DNA from: Octopus bimaculoides
Taxonomy: Eukaryota
Length of the DNA stretch: 64,000 bases
Assembly (NCBI RefSeq): GCF_001194135.2
Contig: NC_068983.1
Span: 85,912,898-85,976,897 of the forward strand
Reading direction: 5' to 3'
A program made the translations under genes and the position numbers. The notes beneath the pieces were generated by a model. That model ran no database searches. It was given only the letters and a program-made list of their open reading frames with translations, and was not told the DNA's origin. Positions 40,674 through 53,075 of the stretch are shown one piece after another; the first letter of the stretch is position 1; the number at the start of each line of letters is the position of its first letter.

Positions 40674-40797
40674 GCTAATTCCATCAAATTTTTCTGGAGT
40701 CACTTTGTCCAGGTATTTTATTTTCAGGTAAGTAATTAGAGCACCAGCTGTGTAGAACAAGTCTAAGTGAAGATCACGGTAGCCAAATATACTTTCA
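40674..40797 (-). CDS. HAT1: HAT1 coding exon 4 (HESIFGYRDLHLDLFYTAGALITYLKIKYLDKVTPEKFDGIS)
   Basis: Acceptor ttttgctttttccag, donor gtgagt, 124 nt, phase 2/0. Contains the E.IFGY..L motif. Confidence 0.97.
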
Positions 40798-41571
40798 CTG
40801 GAAAAAGCAAAACAAAATTATTAATTATCTTAAAGATCAATAAAACTGTAACTATATTGTGTATAATTGCAGGTATGGTTGTGTGGTTAGGAAGTTTTTT
40901 GGAACCACACGATTAGGGGATCAGTACCTAGTGTGGATGCTGTTGGCCTGTATCTTCTACTATAGCCACTGGTTGACCAATACCTTAGTGAAATTGGTAG
41001 ACAGAAACTAAAGAAGCATGTATGTGTGTCAGTGAGTTTGTATATCCCCTCGTCTTCATGTGTGCTCTCTGAGTGTAAACAAATGTTGAAACAAGCAGCA
41101 TCACATTTGTTTCCACTCCTCCTCCATGTAAACACATCTGGGTTGTTTGTTGCCCAACAGACTGGAGGATTATTACCTGGTCTGGAAACAGGTGAGGGTT
41201 GGTATCTGGCCATAGAAAACTCTACCTTAATGTAGTCTCATCTAACTTGTGCAAGCATGTGGGAAAATAGATTTTAAAATGATGATGATTACTTTTCAAT
41301 TACTGCATTTATTAATTTCAAAACATCCTCCCATGAAGTCATTTGTTTTATGATACAAAACTGTCCATTTTCAATAAAAACCTTCATCAACAGATCTACA
41401 TGTGTAAAACTTGTTCTAAACACAACTAATCATCATTGTTATTTTAATGTCCACTTCTCTATGCTTGCATGAGTCAGACAGTATTTTGTTGAGGTAGATT
41501 TTCTAGTTGGAGGCTCTTTCTCTTGCCTTTCCACACCTGTTTCCAAGTGAGTTATTTCCTCATGACCAAAT

Positions 41572-42960
41572 ATCATCATCACCGTTTAACATCTCTTTTC
41601 CATGCTGGCATGGGCTGGATGGTTTGACTGAGGTCTGGAGAGCCAGCGGCTACACCAGGCTATAATCTGATCTGGCAATGTTCCTACAGCTGGATGTCCT
41701 TCCTAACGCCAACCACTCCAAGAGTGTAGTGGATGCTTTTTAAGTGCCACCAGCACAGGAGCCAGTCAAGCAGGTGTGGCATTGATCATGTTTAGACAAT
41801 GCTTTTTACGTGCTACCGGCACAGGAGCCAGTCAGGGGCTACTGGCATCAGCGATGTTTGAGTGGTGCTTTTTATGTGCCACCAGCACGGGAGCCAGTCA
41901 GAGGACACTGGCACTGACCACGTTTAGATGATGCATTTTATGTGCCACCGGAATGGGAGCCAGTCAGGGGGTACTGGCCACAGCTACGATTTTGGTGTTT
42001 GGTTCTTTAGCTTCCAAATCCATTTTTTTGTGGATTGGTCTGCTTCTTGGCATCCTTATGACCTCAAGTCTGAAATTATTAATAACTAGTCTATGCTGGG
42101 GGGTACAGTCTTCACCCAGGAGGGTCTTTGTATTTAAGAGCAACCCTGCATCCCACTGTCTGGTGAGGATGAAATCAATCTGGCTAGCAGAGTCGCCTGA
42201 TTGATAGGTTATCAGGTGGCTGTCTGGCTTCCTGAAGTTAGTGTTGCAGATTAATAAGTTGCATGCATCACAGAATTCCAGTAGCCTAGTTCCCTCTACG
42301 TTTTGGGAACCAATTCCATGGCCCCCATGAACACCACGGAAGATAACGGATTGCCATCTGACATGCTCATTAAAATCTCCAGCCACAAAGATGAGATCAT
42401 TGCCATTTGTCTTTGAGGTGTCCTGTAGAAGGGTGTCATAACAGTGGTCCTTCTGATCGTTTGGCAAGCCCACTTGTGGGGTGTACGCAGAGATAATTGT
42501 AGCTATACTATTCTGCAGGACTAGCCTGAGCTTAAGCACTCTATCACATACCCTGACTACCCTTATGACCTTATCCACCCATTTCTCTTCAAGGAGTATG
42601 CCTACACCTCCTATTCCATCACTGTTACCTTCCCAGAAGATTTTATACCTATGTGCCTTGCCTGTGAGGACCCTGGCTGAAGCTCCTCTCCACCTTACCT
42701 CTTGTATGCAGCATACATCAACATGTCTCTGTTCAAGCATCCCTACAATCTCATTCGACCTACCTTTCAGTGTACCTACATTAACAGTGCCAACTCTAAA
42801 AACAGGGAAAGGAATGTGGGAGAAAGCATGGGGAGGGGAGATGTTATTCAGTGCCTGAAAAGAAGGCTTTTGTGTTTGTTTCATAGACATGCTACACCTG
42901 TTCTCACTTTCGACCTGTCATCATTGAAACATTCAAGCGTGTTAAGATTGTTGCCCCTAC
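41572..42960 (-). mobile_element. RTE-clade LINE: intact AP-endonuclease ORF fused directly to the 3' UTR (RT deleted)
   Basis: ORF 42890-41964 has GTVNVGTL, CCIQEVRW, GVGILL, ISAYTPQ, AGDFN, CNTNF, SQIDFILTR. At about 41997 it runs into the family 3' UTR, which ends in (GAT)n. Confidence 0.92.
41733..41995. repeat. 66-bp tandem units x4 in the RTE 3' UTR
   Basis: Units start at 41733, 41799, 41865, 41931; conserved gtgccacc.gcac and gccagtca...(a)ctggc. Confidence 0.85.
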
Positions 42961-43078
42961 TGGGGGTAGGAGTAGGTGTTAGTGGCGTTGTAAGTATAAG
43001 TATTATGGGCATTGTAAAAATGTAAATTTAAGCATTACTAGAGTTACAAATACATGTAAGTAAATCAATAAAGATAAA

Positions 43079-43187
43079 GGAGAAGAAGAAGAGAGAGGAG
43101 AAGAAGAAGAGAGAGGAGAAGAAGAAGAGAGAGGAGAAGAAGAAGAGAGAGGAGAAGAAGAAGAGAGAGAAGAAGAGAGAGGAGAAG
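43079..43187 (+). repeat. 18-bp polypurine tandem repeat (agaagaagaagagagagg) about x6
   Basis: Direct reading. Confidence 0.9.
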
Positions 43188-46100
43188 AATATGAATATCA
43201 ATATGCCAATGTTAGATTAAGTAGGTGGGCAGCTAAACTAGTTGCATTGTCCTGGGAGAAACAGAGGGAGAGAAAATTGCAGGTTTCCGGTGAGAGAAGA
43301 GACATATCTGGTAATGGTGGTGGGAGAAGAGAGAGAGATATCAGGTGTTGGTGGAGGGAGAAGAGACAGAGATATCTGGTATTGATGGTGGGAATGGGCG
43401 GATGCACTGCAGACAAGCAAGGGTTAATTTAAATAGATGGTACAAAAAATAAGTAGCCAATTTGAGCACACAGGAAGGAAGAAGATGATTCCATTTAGAA
43501 AATTACATGAACAATTAAGGAGGAATGAAGGCTGAGAGAGATTTAAGAATTTAAATAATTAACTTACGAAAGTAGATACTAGTATATAAATAATAAATAA
43601 ATAAATGTAAATAATAGTACATATTAAGTGCTAATGGCGAATGGATGAGTGAAAAGATCGAAAGAGGAGAGAATATCTTAGCAATGCATAACTGGGCATC
43701 TGTCACATAACTGGTACCTGTGCTGGTGGCATGTATAAAGCGCCTTTCGAGTGTTGGTCCTCATGGAGGCAATGTGGCTGATGCCAGTGTCACGTAATTA
43801 GCACCTGTGCCAGTAGCTGTAAAAAGTACCTTTCAAGCATTGGGCCTCACAGAAGCAATGACAAATGACTGAGACCTTTGGCAATATGTTGTGCTTCAGA
43901 AGAAGAGCCACCAAGTCAAGTGAAATCATAGTCGTGGCAGATACTGGTGTTATGCAACTGGTATGTAAAAGCATCCATTGCACTCTTGGAGCGGTTGGCG
44001 TTAGGAAGGGCATCAAGCAGAGTCTGGTGCAGCCCCTCAGCTTACCAGCTCTGGTCAAACCGTCCAACCCATGCCAGCATGGACAACAAAACATAAAATG
44101 ATGATGATTACATATATACACATGCACTTTGTCTGTTACAATGATGAAGGCCCCTGTTGGTCTGTCAATGGAACAGCCTGCTCATGAAATCAATGTGCAC
44201 TCCACAGACATGGACAAAGCTAGCCCTTTGAAATACAGGTACTATTTATTTTTGCAAGCTGAGTGGACAGGAGCAACATGAAATAAAGTGTCATGCTCAA
44301 GAACACATGCTGCTGGGAATTGAACTCATGACCTTATGAATGTAAGCCGAATACCCTAACCACCAAGCCATGTGCCTTCACACACACATAGAAATAGAGA
44401 TGTGTATAAATGAGGGGCTTCCTTCAGTTTTCATTTACCAGATCTACCAACAAAGCTTCGGTCACTAGAAGACACTTACATAAGGTGCCACGCAGTGGGA
44501 CTGAACCTAAACCATGTGGTTGGCAAGCAAACATCTTACCACATTCCTGTGCTTACACACACACACACTTATAAATATTCATGTAGAAAATTGGGGTATA
44601 AACATCAAAGAATAAAAACCACAGTAATTAAGAGCTCAAATAACTGGCTGTTAAACCCTAATATAGTTATGTATCACAATTATTTAATTATACATTTTTC
44701 TGCTAGATTAAGTATGATATAAAGGTAAATAACAATAAGTATAGCCACTAATACTAACTACTATGCTATACATTAGATAACGTAGCCCTAGATACACTTT
44801 GTCTGAATATAAGGTGGAATGCTCACAGCTGGATCATAGGTGTATCTGGATTAGGACTGACCTGTGGCTAAACAACAAAAGCAACTAATACTAATTATGA
44901 TACTATACATTAAATAATCTAGTCCTGGATGCACTATATCTGAATAAAAGGTCAAATGATAATCACTAACCCCAAGGTTTTCTAATTTTTTATTATTTTC
45001 AAAAGGAATTAAAACAATGTGTTTTATTTGGTGTTAATACACTAACAAATTCTGCCAAGGTCGACTCCACCTTTCATCATTTTGGGGTTGATAAAATAAG
45101 TACCAGTGAAGTACTGGGGCTGATGCAATTGACTTACCCCCCTCTCCCAAAATTGCTGGCCCTCTGCCAAGATTTGAAACCTACATACAGTGACTTACAC
45201 TTTTATTCTAAAGTGAATTTCAAGAACTGTTAGTTATTTATATCTTGCAGCTTTATGTATCATACTGCACTATTTCAGTAGCATGTTATCCACTGTTTAG
45301 TTGGCACTGTGCTCCAACCACAAAACCTGCCAGAAGCAAGCGGTAGGCTGTTGCTTAAGAAAACTTCTAAGTGTTTAATCATAGCCTTACTCACTTCACA
45401 TAATGTTGTACAGAAGACAATCTCAGCTTCTTCACCCTCTTCCTCGTTATTATTCTTATAATATTGCTTACATTGAGTTCCCAAATCAACAATTTATGTG
45501 TGTAGCTACTGTTTAGCCCCAAAATAGCACAGAAATCAGTTATAGTCAAAGGCATTCCAGCCATGACTATTCAGAATTTTAATTTTTTTTTCAGACCATT
45601 GTATATTCATGACTGTATATCAGTCATTATCCAGTGTCCTCTCACAGGGAAAGGAGAGTGGATTTAGCTGTTATTTCTAACAGGTCAAACAAGCACAATG
45701 AAACTCCTTTGGAAGAATGATATTTCAAACCAAAAGAACATATGACTGCTCATTAATATTGATTAATATGCAATATTTTGTTATGTTTCTTTTATGTTCA
45801 AAATTCAAATCCCAACTGAAGACTAAAAGAATGCACATGTTTTGTATTTGTTGAATTTTGAGATGGTGATTCTACCATTAATGACACACACACACACACT
45901 GATTGTGGTACACTTCTTTATGAATTAAATGATTTGTTAAAGTCTTTCACTAATATCTGTAGCTTTCTCTGAGAATCTGGTATTATATATTGCAGTAAAA
46001 AAGGGAGACCCAGGAAGACATGGGATGACCTGTCGAAGGCCGACCTCAAGACGCTAAGCCTTACAAAGGAGATGACAGAAGACTGAGATACATGGTGCAT

Positions 46101-47109
46101 TGCTGTATTTGAGGATCTGCCCACGACAACAAAATTGAGATCCTAAAACCAAGGTGCCATGTAAAAATGCACTGGTGATGGTACCATGTAAAAAAGCATG
46201 CAGTACACTGTAAAGTGATTGGCATTAGGAAGGGCATCCAGCCATAAAAACCATGTCAAATCTAACTATGGAACCAGGTATAGCCCCTGGTCTTGCCAGT
46301 TCCTGTCAAGCTGTCCAACCCAAGCTAGCATGGAAAATGGACTTTAATGTTGGTGATGGTGGCAGTAGGTTCATGTGTACGCTTGTCAGTGTGCTCTTGT
46401 TCAGTATGTGTGGAACTGTTAATTAGACAGGCAACAGGAAGGGCAGCTGTTGAAAATCTGCTTCAACAAATTCTGTCTGACCCATGCAAGCGTGGAAAAG
46501 TAGACAGTAAATAACAGTGATGATCTATTTTTAAGGTGGTGAAGATGCATGTGTGCTTTTTTCAAATGGATAAAAGGCAAAAGTGACATTGGTTAACTCA
46601 GAATGTCAAGAACCGGAATGTATATGGCAAGGCATTCATTCTATATGATGGAAACCTCTATAATTCTATCAGGGGTTGACATCTTTACCACCATTTTCAT
46701 TCTTTTCCAACAAATGTATCTATGCATTCCCCTGTAGCAAGGCACTTTCTTTCCTTCCATTATACATTAACTTACCACCTAGCATAAAGCCAGCTCCCTT
46801 AGTTGAAGGCCTTGTCTTGCAAGTTACTTGGTAACCTCAATGGTGCCAGTGCCAGATGAAAAACACCCAGTACACTCTGTAAAGTGGTTGGCATAAAGAA
46901 GGACATCCAGCTATAAAAACAAGGCCAAAGCAGATACTGGAGTTTGGTGCAGTCCTCTGGCTTGCCAGCTCTTGTTGAACCATCCAACCCATGTCAGCAG
47001 AGAAAATGGATTTTAAGTGGGGATGTGATAATAATCACGTACAAGAGACCTCTATCAGCTGGCAAGTTCTGCACAAATCTTTTCAGGTACTGACAACAGC
47101 TTCCCAATT

Positions 47110-47295
47110 GACTTCCCACTTCCTTCCAAGTCCAACACAATCAATGAAAAGGACCAGTGAGGTTATTGAAATGCTGAAGTGGAAGCATGTAGATGTGTGC
47201 TGAGTGCAAGAGGTAAGAAGGAGGGAAGCTTCAGCTAGGTTCCTGACATGCAAAAAACAATAAAACACAGTTACAAATACTTTTGGGTAGGCATA
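47110..47295 (+). mobile_element. Degenerate RTE endonuclease N-terminal fragment
   Basis: MKRTSEVIEMLKWKHVDVC*VQEVRRREASARFLT, homologous to the 42890 ORF. Confidence 0.7.
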
Positions 47296-48138
47296 CTTTT
47301 GGCAAAAAAAATGGGTTGATAGACTAATTGTGGCAGAGTGTGTGATAGGATAGTTAAGCTGAGATTAATCTTAGATAAATCAACAGTAAAAATAACGCCC
47401 TAGTACATGTTAGGCCCTGCTCCTTCATTCATTCTGCTCCATCAAGCATTCTCCACACCTTATTTCCCTTACACCCAGCCCTCCATCACTCATCTATTAA
47501 TGGCACTACTTGGTTGCTGAGACAATCAACACATATTATTCCCCTGCCCATTCTATGTGCTATCAATCTCCCAGCCCTGAACTACTGCCATCCCTCGTTC
47601 TCATTATTCTTCCTTCTCTTCCCACACTATTTACACCTATCACCTCTTTTCTGTGGCTTCAGCACTCTCTCTGCTACACTCCAATTTATATATCTATCAT
47701 TCTCAATGCCCTTCCATATCTACCATCACCCCACCCCCACTCACTGTAACGACCTTTATGTACTTCATCTCTCTCCTCACCACTCATATATCTTGCACAT
47801 CATCTCCCTACCTTCTGATCTAACCTCCTACCTGAGCCATTTCTATCTTTTACCCCCGTTCCCCTCTCTGCATATTGGTATTTCCCATCTACCTCACCTC
47901 CACACTTATTAACCTCTACCCCACCTCCACCATTTGTTACTCTCCCCTTCACACCTTTCCAAAACTACTACCACCACCGACTCACTGCCTGTATCCCCTT
48001 TTATGCTTACCTTGTAACTTGAGAGTTCGCTCTTGCACCCCACCACTACCATCTTTAACTTCTTTCCAGCTACTCCTATGATGATACACAGACACACACA
48101 TGAACACAAATGAATGCATGGAGGGCTAGAGTTTAGAT

Positions 48139-48387
48139 CAGTGGTTCCCAAACTTTTTCAGGCTGCTGCCCCCTTGATACTCAAGCCACATTCCTAGACC
48201 ACTTTCTGCAGTAAATTCAAAACAAATGCATTTCACAAATAAAACTTAATCCATTATTTTAGGTATTCTTTTTAACATCCATTGCCCCCCTTTTGGCACC
48301 CCATTATTGCCCCACTTATCTTCAACACCCCCATGGATATTTCCACCATCCTCATGAGGACAGTACTGCCCACTTTGGGAACCATCA
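48139..48387. mobile_element. hAT (Charlie-type) MITE
   Basis: TIRs cagtggttcccaaa/tttgggaaccatca; perfect TSD GTTTAGAT. Confidence 0.88.
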
Positions 48388-48454
48388 GTTTAGATCCTTC
48401 AACAGACACAGTGCTGTGTCTTTAGAAATAACAATAACTTGGTTGACAGCGACA

Positions 48455-48790
48455 GTCGTCGTCGTTTAACGTCCGCTTTCCATGCTAGCATGGGTTGGAC
48501 GATTTGACTGAGGACTGGTGAAACCAGATGGCTACACCAGGCTCCAATCTGATTTGGCAGTGTTTCTATAGCTGGATGCCCTTCCTAACGCCAACCACTC
48601 AGAGAGTGTAGTGGGTGCTTTTACGTGTCACCCGCACGAAGGCCAGTAAGGCGGTACTGGCAACGGCCATGCTCATCTCGCTCGAGAAACCTCATGTGTC
48701 ACCCGCACAAGAGCCAGTCCAGGGGCACCAGCAACGATCCCGCTCGAAAAACCTCATGTGTCACCCGCACAAGAGCCGGCCCAGGTGTTA
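48455..48790 (-). mobile_element. Young RTE LINE 3' UTR copy, just 3' of the HAT1 exon 3 donor
   Basis: Near-identical to the 11599 copy; carries about 3 tandem UTR units. Confidence 0.88.
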
Positions 48791-48858
48791 GTAAAGATCC
48801 AACACTTGTTTCAAAAACAAAAGAAAAAGATGAAAACTAAGATAAATGCCGTACTTAC

Positions 48859-48934
48859 TGGTCACCAAACAACTGATGTGTCATATCAGGTCTGAAAGTA
48901 ATGTCTTCATTTTCTACATCTTTTTTGTTTCGCA
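48859..48934 (-). CDS. HAT1: HAT1 coding exon 3 (VRNKKDVENEDITFRPDMTHQLFGD)
   Basis: Acceptor ttcttgattttag, donor gtaagt, 76 nt, phase 1/2. Contains the Hat1_N motif F.P..THQLFGD. Confidence 0.97.
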
Positions 48935-49310
48935 CTAAAATCAAGAAAAAGATATCATAAATAGATATACAGGCTTCACTTCTTGGTATTTGTATGTATG
49001 TGTGTCACAAGAATTCTGCTGGAATAAAAATAAATGTAGAAAGGAAATTGTTGTGTCGACACCTCCAGGCGAAGAAGTAGGATCTTCCAAGACATATAAA
49101 TAGAGGTAGTCTGGCCGTGGTAGTGTGTTGGGTAGCAGTTGTATAGTGGTTGAGTAGAGATCATCCGAAGGTGCTAGATAGCAGTAGCGTTGAGACATAA
49201 CAGAAATATGATGGAATAATTAAATAGTTGAATATAATAGCATCAATTCTCACTCCTGATACTGTCATATTCTCTTTCTCACACACTTCTATATTAATTG
49301 TGAACACAGG

Positions 49311-49621
49311 TATAGCTGTGTGGTAAGTGGTCTGCTTCTCAACCACTTGGTTTCAGGTTCAGTCTCACTGTGTGGCACCTTGGACAAGTACCTTCTACAA
49401 TAGTTCTATGTCAATCAAAACCTTATGAGTGGATTTGGACAACTAAAAAAAAAAAAAAAACCCCAAAAAATCCCTCACCATATGTATGTGTGTGTTTCCC
49501 TCCAACACTGCTTCACAGCCATTGTTAGTTTGTTTATGTCCCCTAACTTAGTGGTTTGGCAAAAGAAGCTAGTAGAAAAAGTACCAAACTTGAAAAAAGG
49601 ATATGTATTGGGGTTGATTTG
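49311..49621 (+). mobile_element. Composite A-B SINE (degenerate)
   Basis: Head, short linker, then body running into the gap. Confidence 0.7.
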
Positions 49622-49661
49622 NNNNNNNNNNTTTACATCCATTGCCCCCTTTATTGCCAAC

Positions 49662-49935
49662 GGGCATGTAGCATAGTGGTTAAGAATGCAGGCTACTAAC
49701 TCCAAGATTCTGAGTTCAATTCCAGGCAGTGCCTTGAATGAATAAATAACAACAACATCATAAAATACCTTGGGAATGAGAACCCAGGGTTGGGTTCAAA
49801 ATTCCACCAGCAAACCTGATGAAGGCTGGAGAGTAAATCAGCCGAAACGTTGTGGTAAAAACAAACAAGATAAGGACACATATCCATCCAATGTAAATAA
49901 TGTACAAAATTCCTCATCTCAAAAATACAGAACAG
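49662..49935 (+). mobile_element. tRNA(Arg)-like SINE with hammerhead-containing 3' region
   Basis: A box TAGCATAGTGG (49669-79), B box GAGTTCAATTCC (49712-23), tRNA-Arg-like aagattc.gagttc.attcc.ggc, an (AAT/AAC) linker, then the HHR core. No clear TSD; 3' boundary approximate. Confidence 0.7.
49811..49856 (+). ncRNA. Minimal type-I hammerhead ribozyme core inside a SINE
   Basis: CTGATGA (49816-22), A, stem II GGCTG/CAGCC (49824-28/49839-43), GAAA (49844-47), palindromic AACGTT, GUU triplet. Stem I is poorly paired in this copy. Confidence 0.65.
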
Positions 49936-50961
49936 TATAAGTTATACTGGCTAAGTAATAAATGGTGTACTTGGAAATGTTTTTCCAGATTTATCTATAT
50001 GCTATATAAAAGTAAACAGAATCTATGAGTGTAGCTGTATAAATAAGTGACCTTCATATTATGAAGGTCAAATATATATAAGATGGAGACAATGTATTGC
50101 TTAGGTCAATGTAAAGGGAACTTTTTAAAAACCAGTAGAGATAGCCAGACATTATCTCATCATCATCATTTGGTATCTGCTTTCCATGCTGGCATGGGTT
50201 AGATGGCTTGACTGGAGCTGGTGAGCTAGAGAACTGCACCAGGCTCCAGTCAGTTTTGGCAATCTGGCAAGTTCACATCAGGAAAAACCTGTTTGACACA
50301 GGGTTAAGTATGAAATCAAATGGTTAAAAAGAGAAAATACAAGTTTTAATGTAGTAGCTCTTAAAGGAGTTTCTATTAACAAAGTCCATAGTCTATAAAC
50401 AGATTAGATATAATTATTAAATACATACAATATTTTATATAATACACTTACATTTTAATTCAAAGAAAGAAAAAGGTCACTGAATAATCTTTACATATTA
50501 TAACAATTTCTTTGTGCATCCAGTCACAATGCTTATGAAAGCAATCAATGATGCAAAATGCAAGCACATAAAATACCTTTTTAGGTAAACTAAATGCTGC
50601 ATGCAGTTACTTCCCTTCAATAACGTGAAGTTATTAAATTATTTTCATATTTCCGAACAAACAGTTGAAATAGCAACCAAATTACCTTAGACTACACCTG
50701 TATTACAAAGGGAAAGGACATAATGCAACATAGTTATTGATAGAGAAAAAAAGAGAGCATAATCACACTCTGATAATATATCAACTTAGGGTTAAACAAC
50801 AATAACTTAAATTCTCAGGACAGCAGAATGGTCCAGACCTAGAATACTTATCATACTGTACCTCTACGCTTAGAAATTTATTGAAAACACTTGAACATGT
50901 TTATCTAACAACAACATCAACAGCAGAAAGATTTAACAAATTTAGAAGAATTTATACTCAC

Positions 50962-51039
50962 CAAGCTTAAAATGAATGACATCATTTGAACAGCATTTGT
51001 AAGCTTCAAGCTTATTTTTCATTAATCCTGATGGTGCAC
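50962..51039 (-). CDS. HAT1: HAT1 coding exon 2 (GAPSGLMKNKLEAYKCCSNDVIHFKL)
   Basis: Acceptor tttttctctttttaaag, donor gtgagt, 78 nt, phase 1/1. KLEAYKC.SND.I.FKLV resembles human KLAEYKCNTNTAIELKLV. Confidence 0.95.
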
Positions 51040-51535
51040 CTTTAAAAAGAGAAAAATGTTATAACAGACAAGTTATTCATTACATGCAATCAATATCAGA
51101 AGTAAAAAGTAATAAATTTAAGATGATTCTACTCTACCACACTGGCTCCACATGGCTTGGCAGAAAGGTGGGTTTTTTATACTCTCACCCAAGAATAGTT
51201 AAGTTGATTACATTAACCTCAGTGCGCAACTGGTATTTATTTTATTGACCTCAGCACATAATGATGGATGAAATACCTGGAGTACTAACAGTTCTGCCAG
51301 CTTGCCATCTTAAATAACTATAACGATAATAATAATCATCATCCTTTCTACTAAAGGCACAAGGCCTGAATTTGTTTGGGGAGGGGACTAGATGATTACA
51401 TCAACCTCTCTATTTCATGAGTCCCTATAATAATTTTTAAAGGGAAATTAAGTTTTTGCTTATTTATTGTTGTAGTGATAGAATTGGTTAAATAAGATAG
51501 CAGTATGAGGTTTTATCATGGGTCCTGTTGCATAA

Positions 51536-51759
51536 CCCTTTAGCATTTAAACCAGCCATATTAGGCCCAAAATGTTTTGCCTGTTTTGCGTTCAAACCGA
51601 CCAGATCTAGTTTCTCACACTTACCCAACAATATTATTCTAAAAATAAGCACTCACATTAAAATCTCAAAGCTACAAGATAATGCATGATTAATTCAAAA
51701 CAATGGGAATTTATAAGCATTACATTTATAAGCATTACATTTAACTGAATGCTAAAGAG
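51536..51759 (+). mobile_element. piggyBac-type MITE (family copy)
   Basis: ATAA|CCCTTTAGCATT...AATGCTAAAGAG|TTAA. Confidence 0.8.
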
Positions 51760-52702
51760 TTAAGATATTCTCAGATTGCTTCATACTGTGATGATAATCA
51801 CTACCAGCAGAATTATGTGAAATCACAAGAGTCCTATACAAATGTATACTCTAACCATCTATTATAAAAAATGGATGAAACAATTTAATCAACAACTGTG
51901 AAATACATGCTACAGTCAGATACTCTTTCTCTGGCATTAGGAGGGGTATCCAGCTGTAGAAGCCATGCCAAAACAGACAATTAGAACCTGAGAAGCTCTT
52001 GTCATACCATCCAACCCATGCTACCATACAAAACAGATGTTAAATGGTGAATATGTTCATGACCGTATGCAGTAGTTAGATTCAATCAAGTTAATTTTAG
52101 CCTTTCTACAGATAACAGGTGATGCAAAGGTTAGTGAAATAAATTGGCTTGCAATGTTTAATTTTGAACCTGTTGTTCATGAGTTCAAATCAACTGAACT
52201 GATCTGCTTTTTATTTCTCTGTGGGTACTCAAAAAAGTCATCATCATCATTTAATGTTTGTTTTTCATGCTGGCACAGGTTGGATGGTTTAACAGAATCT
52301 TACAAGCTGCAAAACTGCATCAGGCCCCAATGTCAGCTTTGGTATGGTTTCTACAGTTGAATGTTCTTCCTAACAGTGGTACTGATGGAATGCTGAGGCC
52401 AAGCCTTGTAGAATAGATAGAATAACAAGGAAATGAGCAATTAACTTTAAGGTCAAGAACCCAAGCTGCATAACTACAGACATCCTTTTGTTTCACAGGG
52501 AATAATGATGTCAGCTTGAGTTGGCCTGGCTGACAGTAAGTTCTGAGCTAAGCTCAAGTTTATAAAGCTTGTGGTTTTGTCCTTGTATACAAAAAACAAT
52601 TTCCTCTATGCCAGCATAAAATAATGAATGTAAAACAGTGCATATTATTAAGTTATATCTTTGCATTAGTCACACAATACTCATATTAGATGAGCTGGTA
52701 CA

Positions 52703-53075
52703 CATCATCATCATCGTTTAACGTCCGCTTTCCATGTTAGCATGGGTTGGACGATTTGACTGAGTACTGGTGAACCAGATGGCTACACCAGGCTCCAATC
52801 TGATTTGGCAGATTTTCTACAGCTGGATGCCCTTCCTAACGCTAACCACTCCGAGAGTGTAGTGGGTGCTTTTACGTGCCACCAGCACGAAGGCTAGTCA
52901 TGCGGTACTGGCAAAGGCCACACTCAAAATTGTGTATTTTACGTGCCACCTGCACAGGAGCCAGTCCAGCGGTACTGGCACCGATCTTGCTCAAATGTCT
53001 TTTCACGTGCCAGGAAAGTGAAGCTGCGGCACAAGTGTCAGGAAAGCGACACTGGTAATGATCATGCCCGAACGA
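52703..53075 (-). mobile_element. Young RTE LINE 3' UTR copy
   Basis: Same 3' end (catcatcgtttaacgtccgctttccatg...) with 2-3 tandem UTR units. Confidence 0.88.

Noticed and set aside
41733-41995. Repeat-plus-linker array in the LINE UTR as CRISPR-like acquisition array
   Set aside because: Linkers are homologous to each other (e.g. gatcatgtttaga, gaccacgtttaga), so these are diverged tandem duplications.
45275-45484. Acidic ORF (YYKNNNEEEGEEAEIVF) as an extra HAT1 exon
   Set aside because: Exons 3 and 4 join in frame without it, no HAT1 similarity, no convincing acceptor.
47400-48080. Strongly pyrimidine-skewed block (purine-skewed equivalents near 6620-7240, 56040-56290, 63650-63960) as coding sequence
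   Set aside because: Low-complexity ORFs only; several of these blocks share motifs (acagaaacaggtgtcttgc) and belong to a decayed dispersed repeat.
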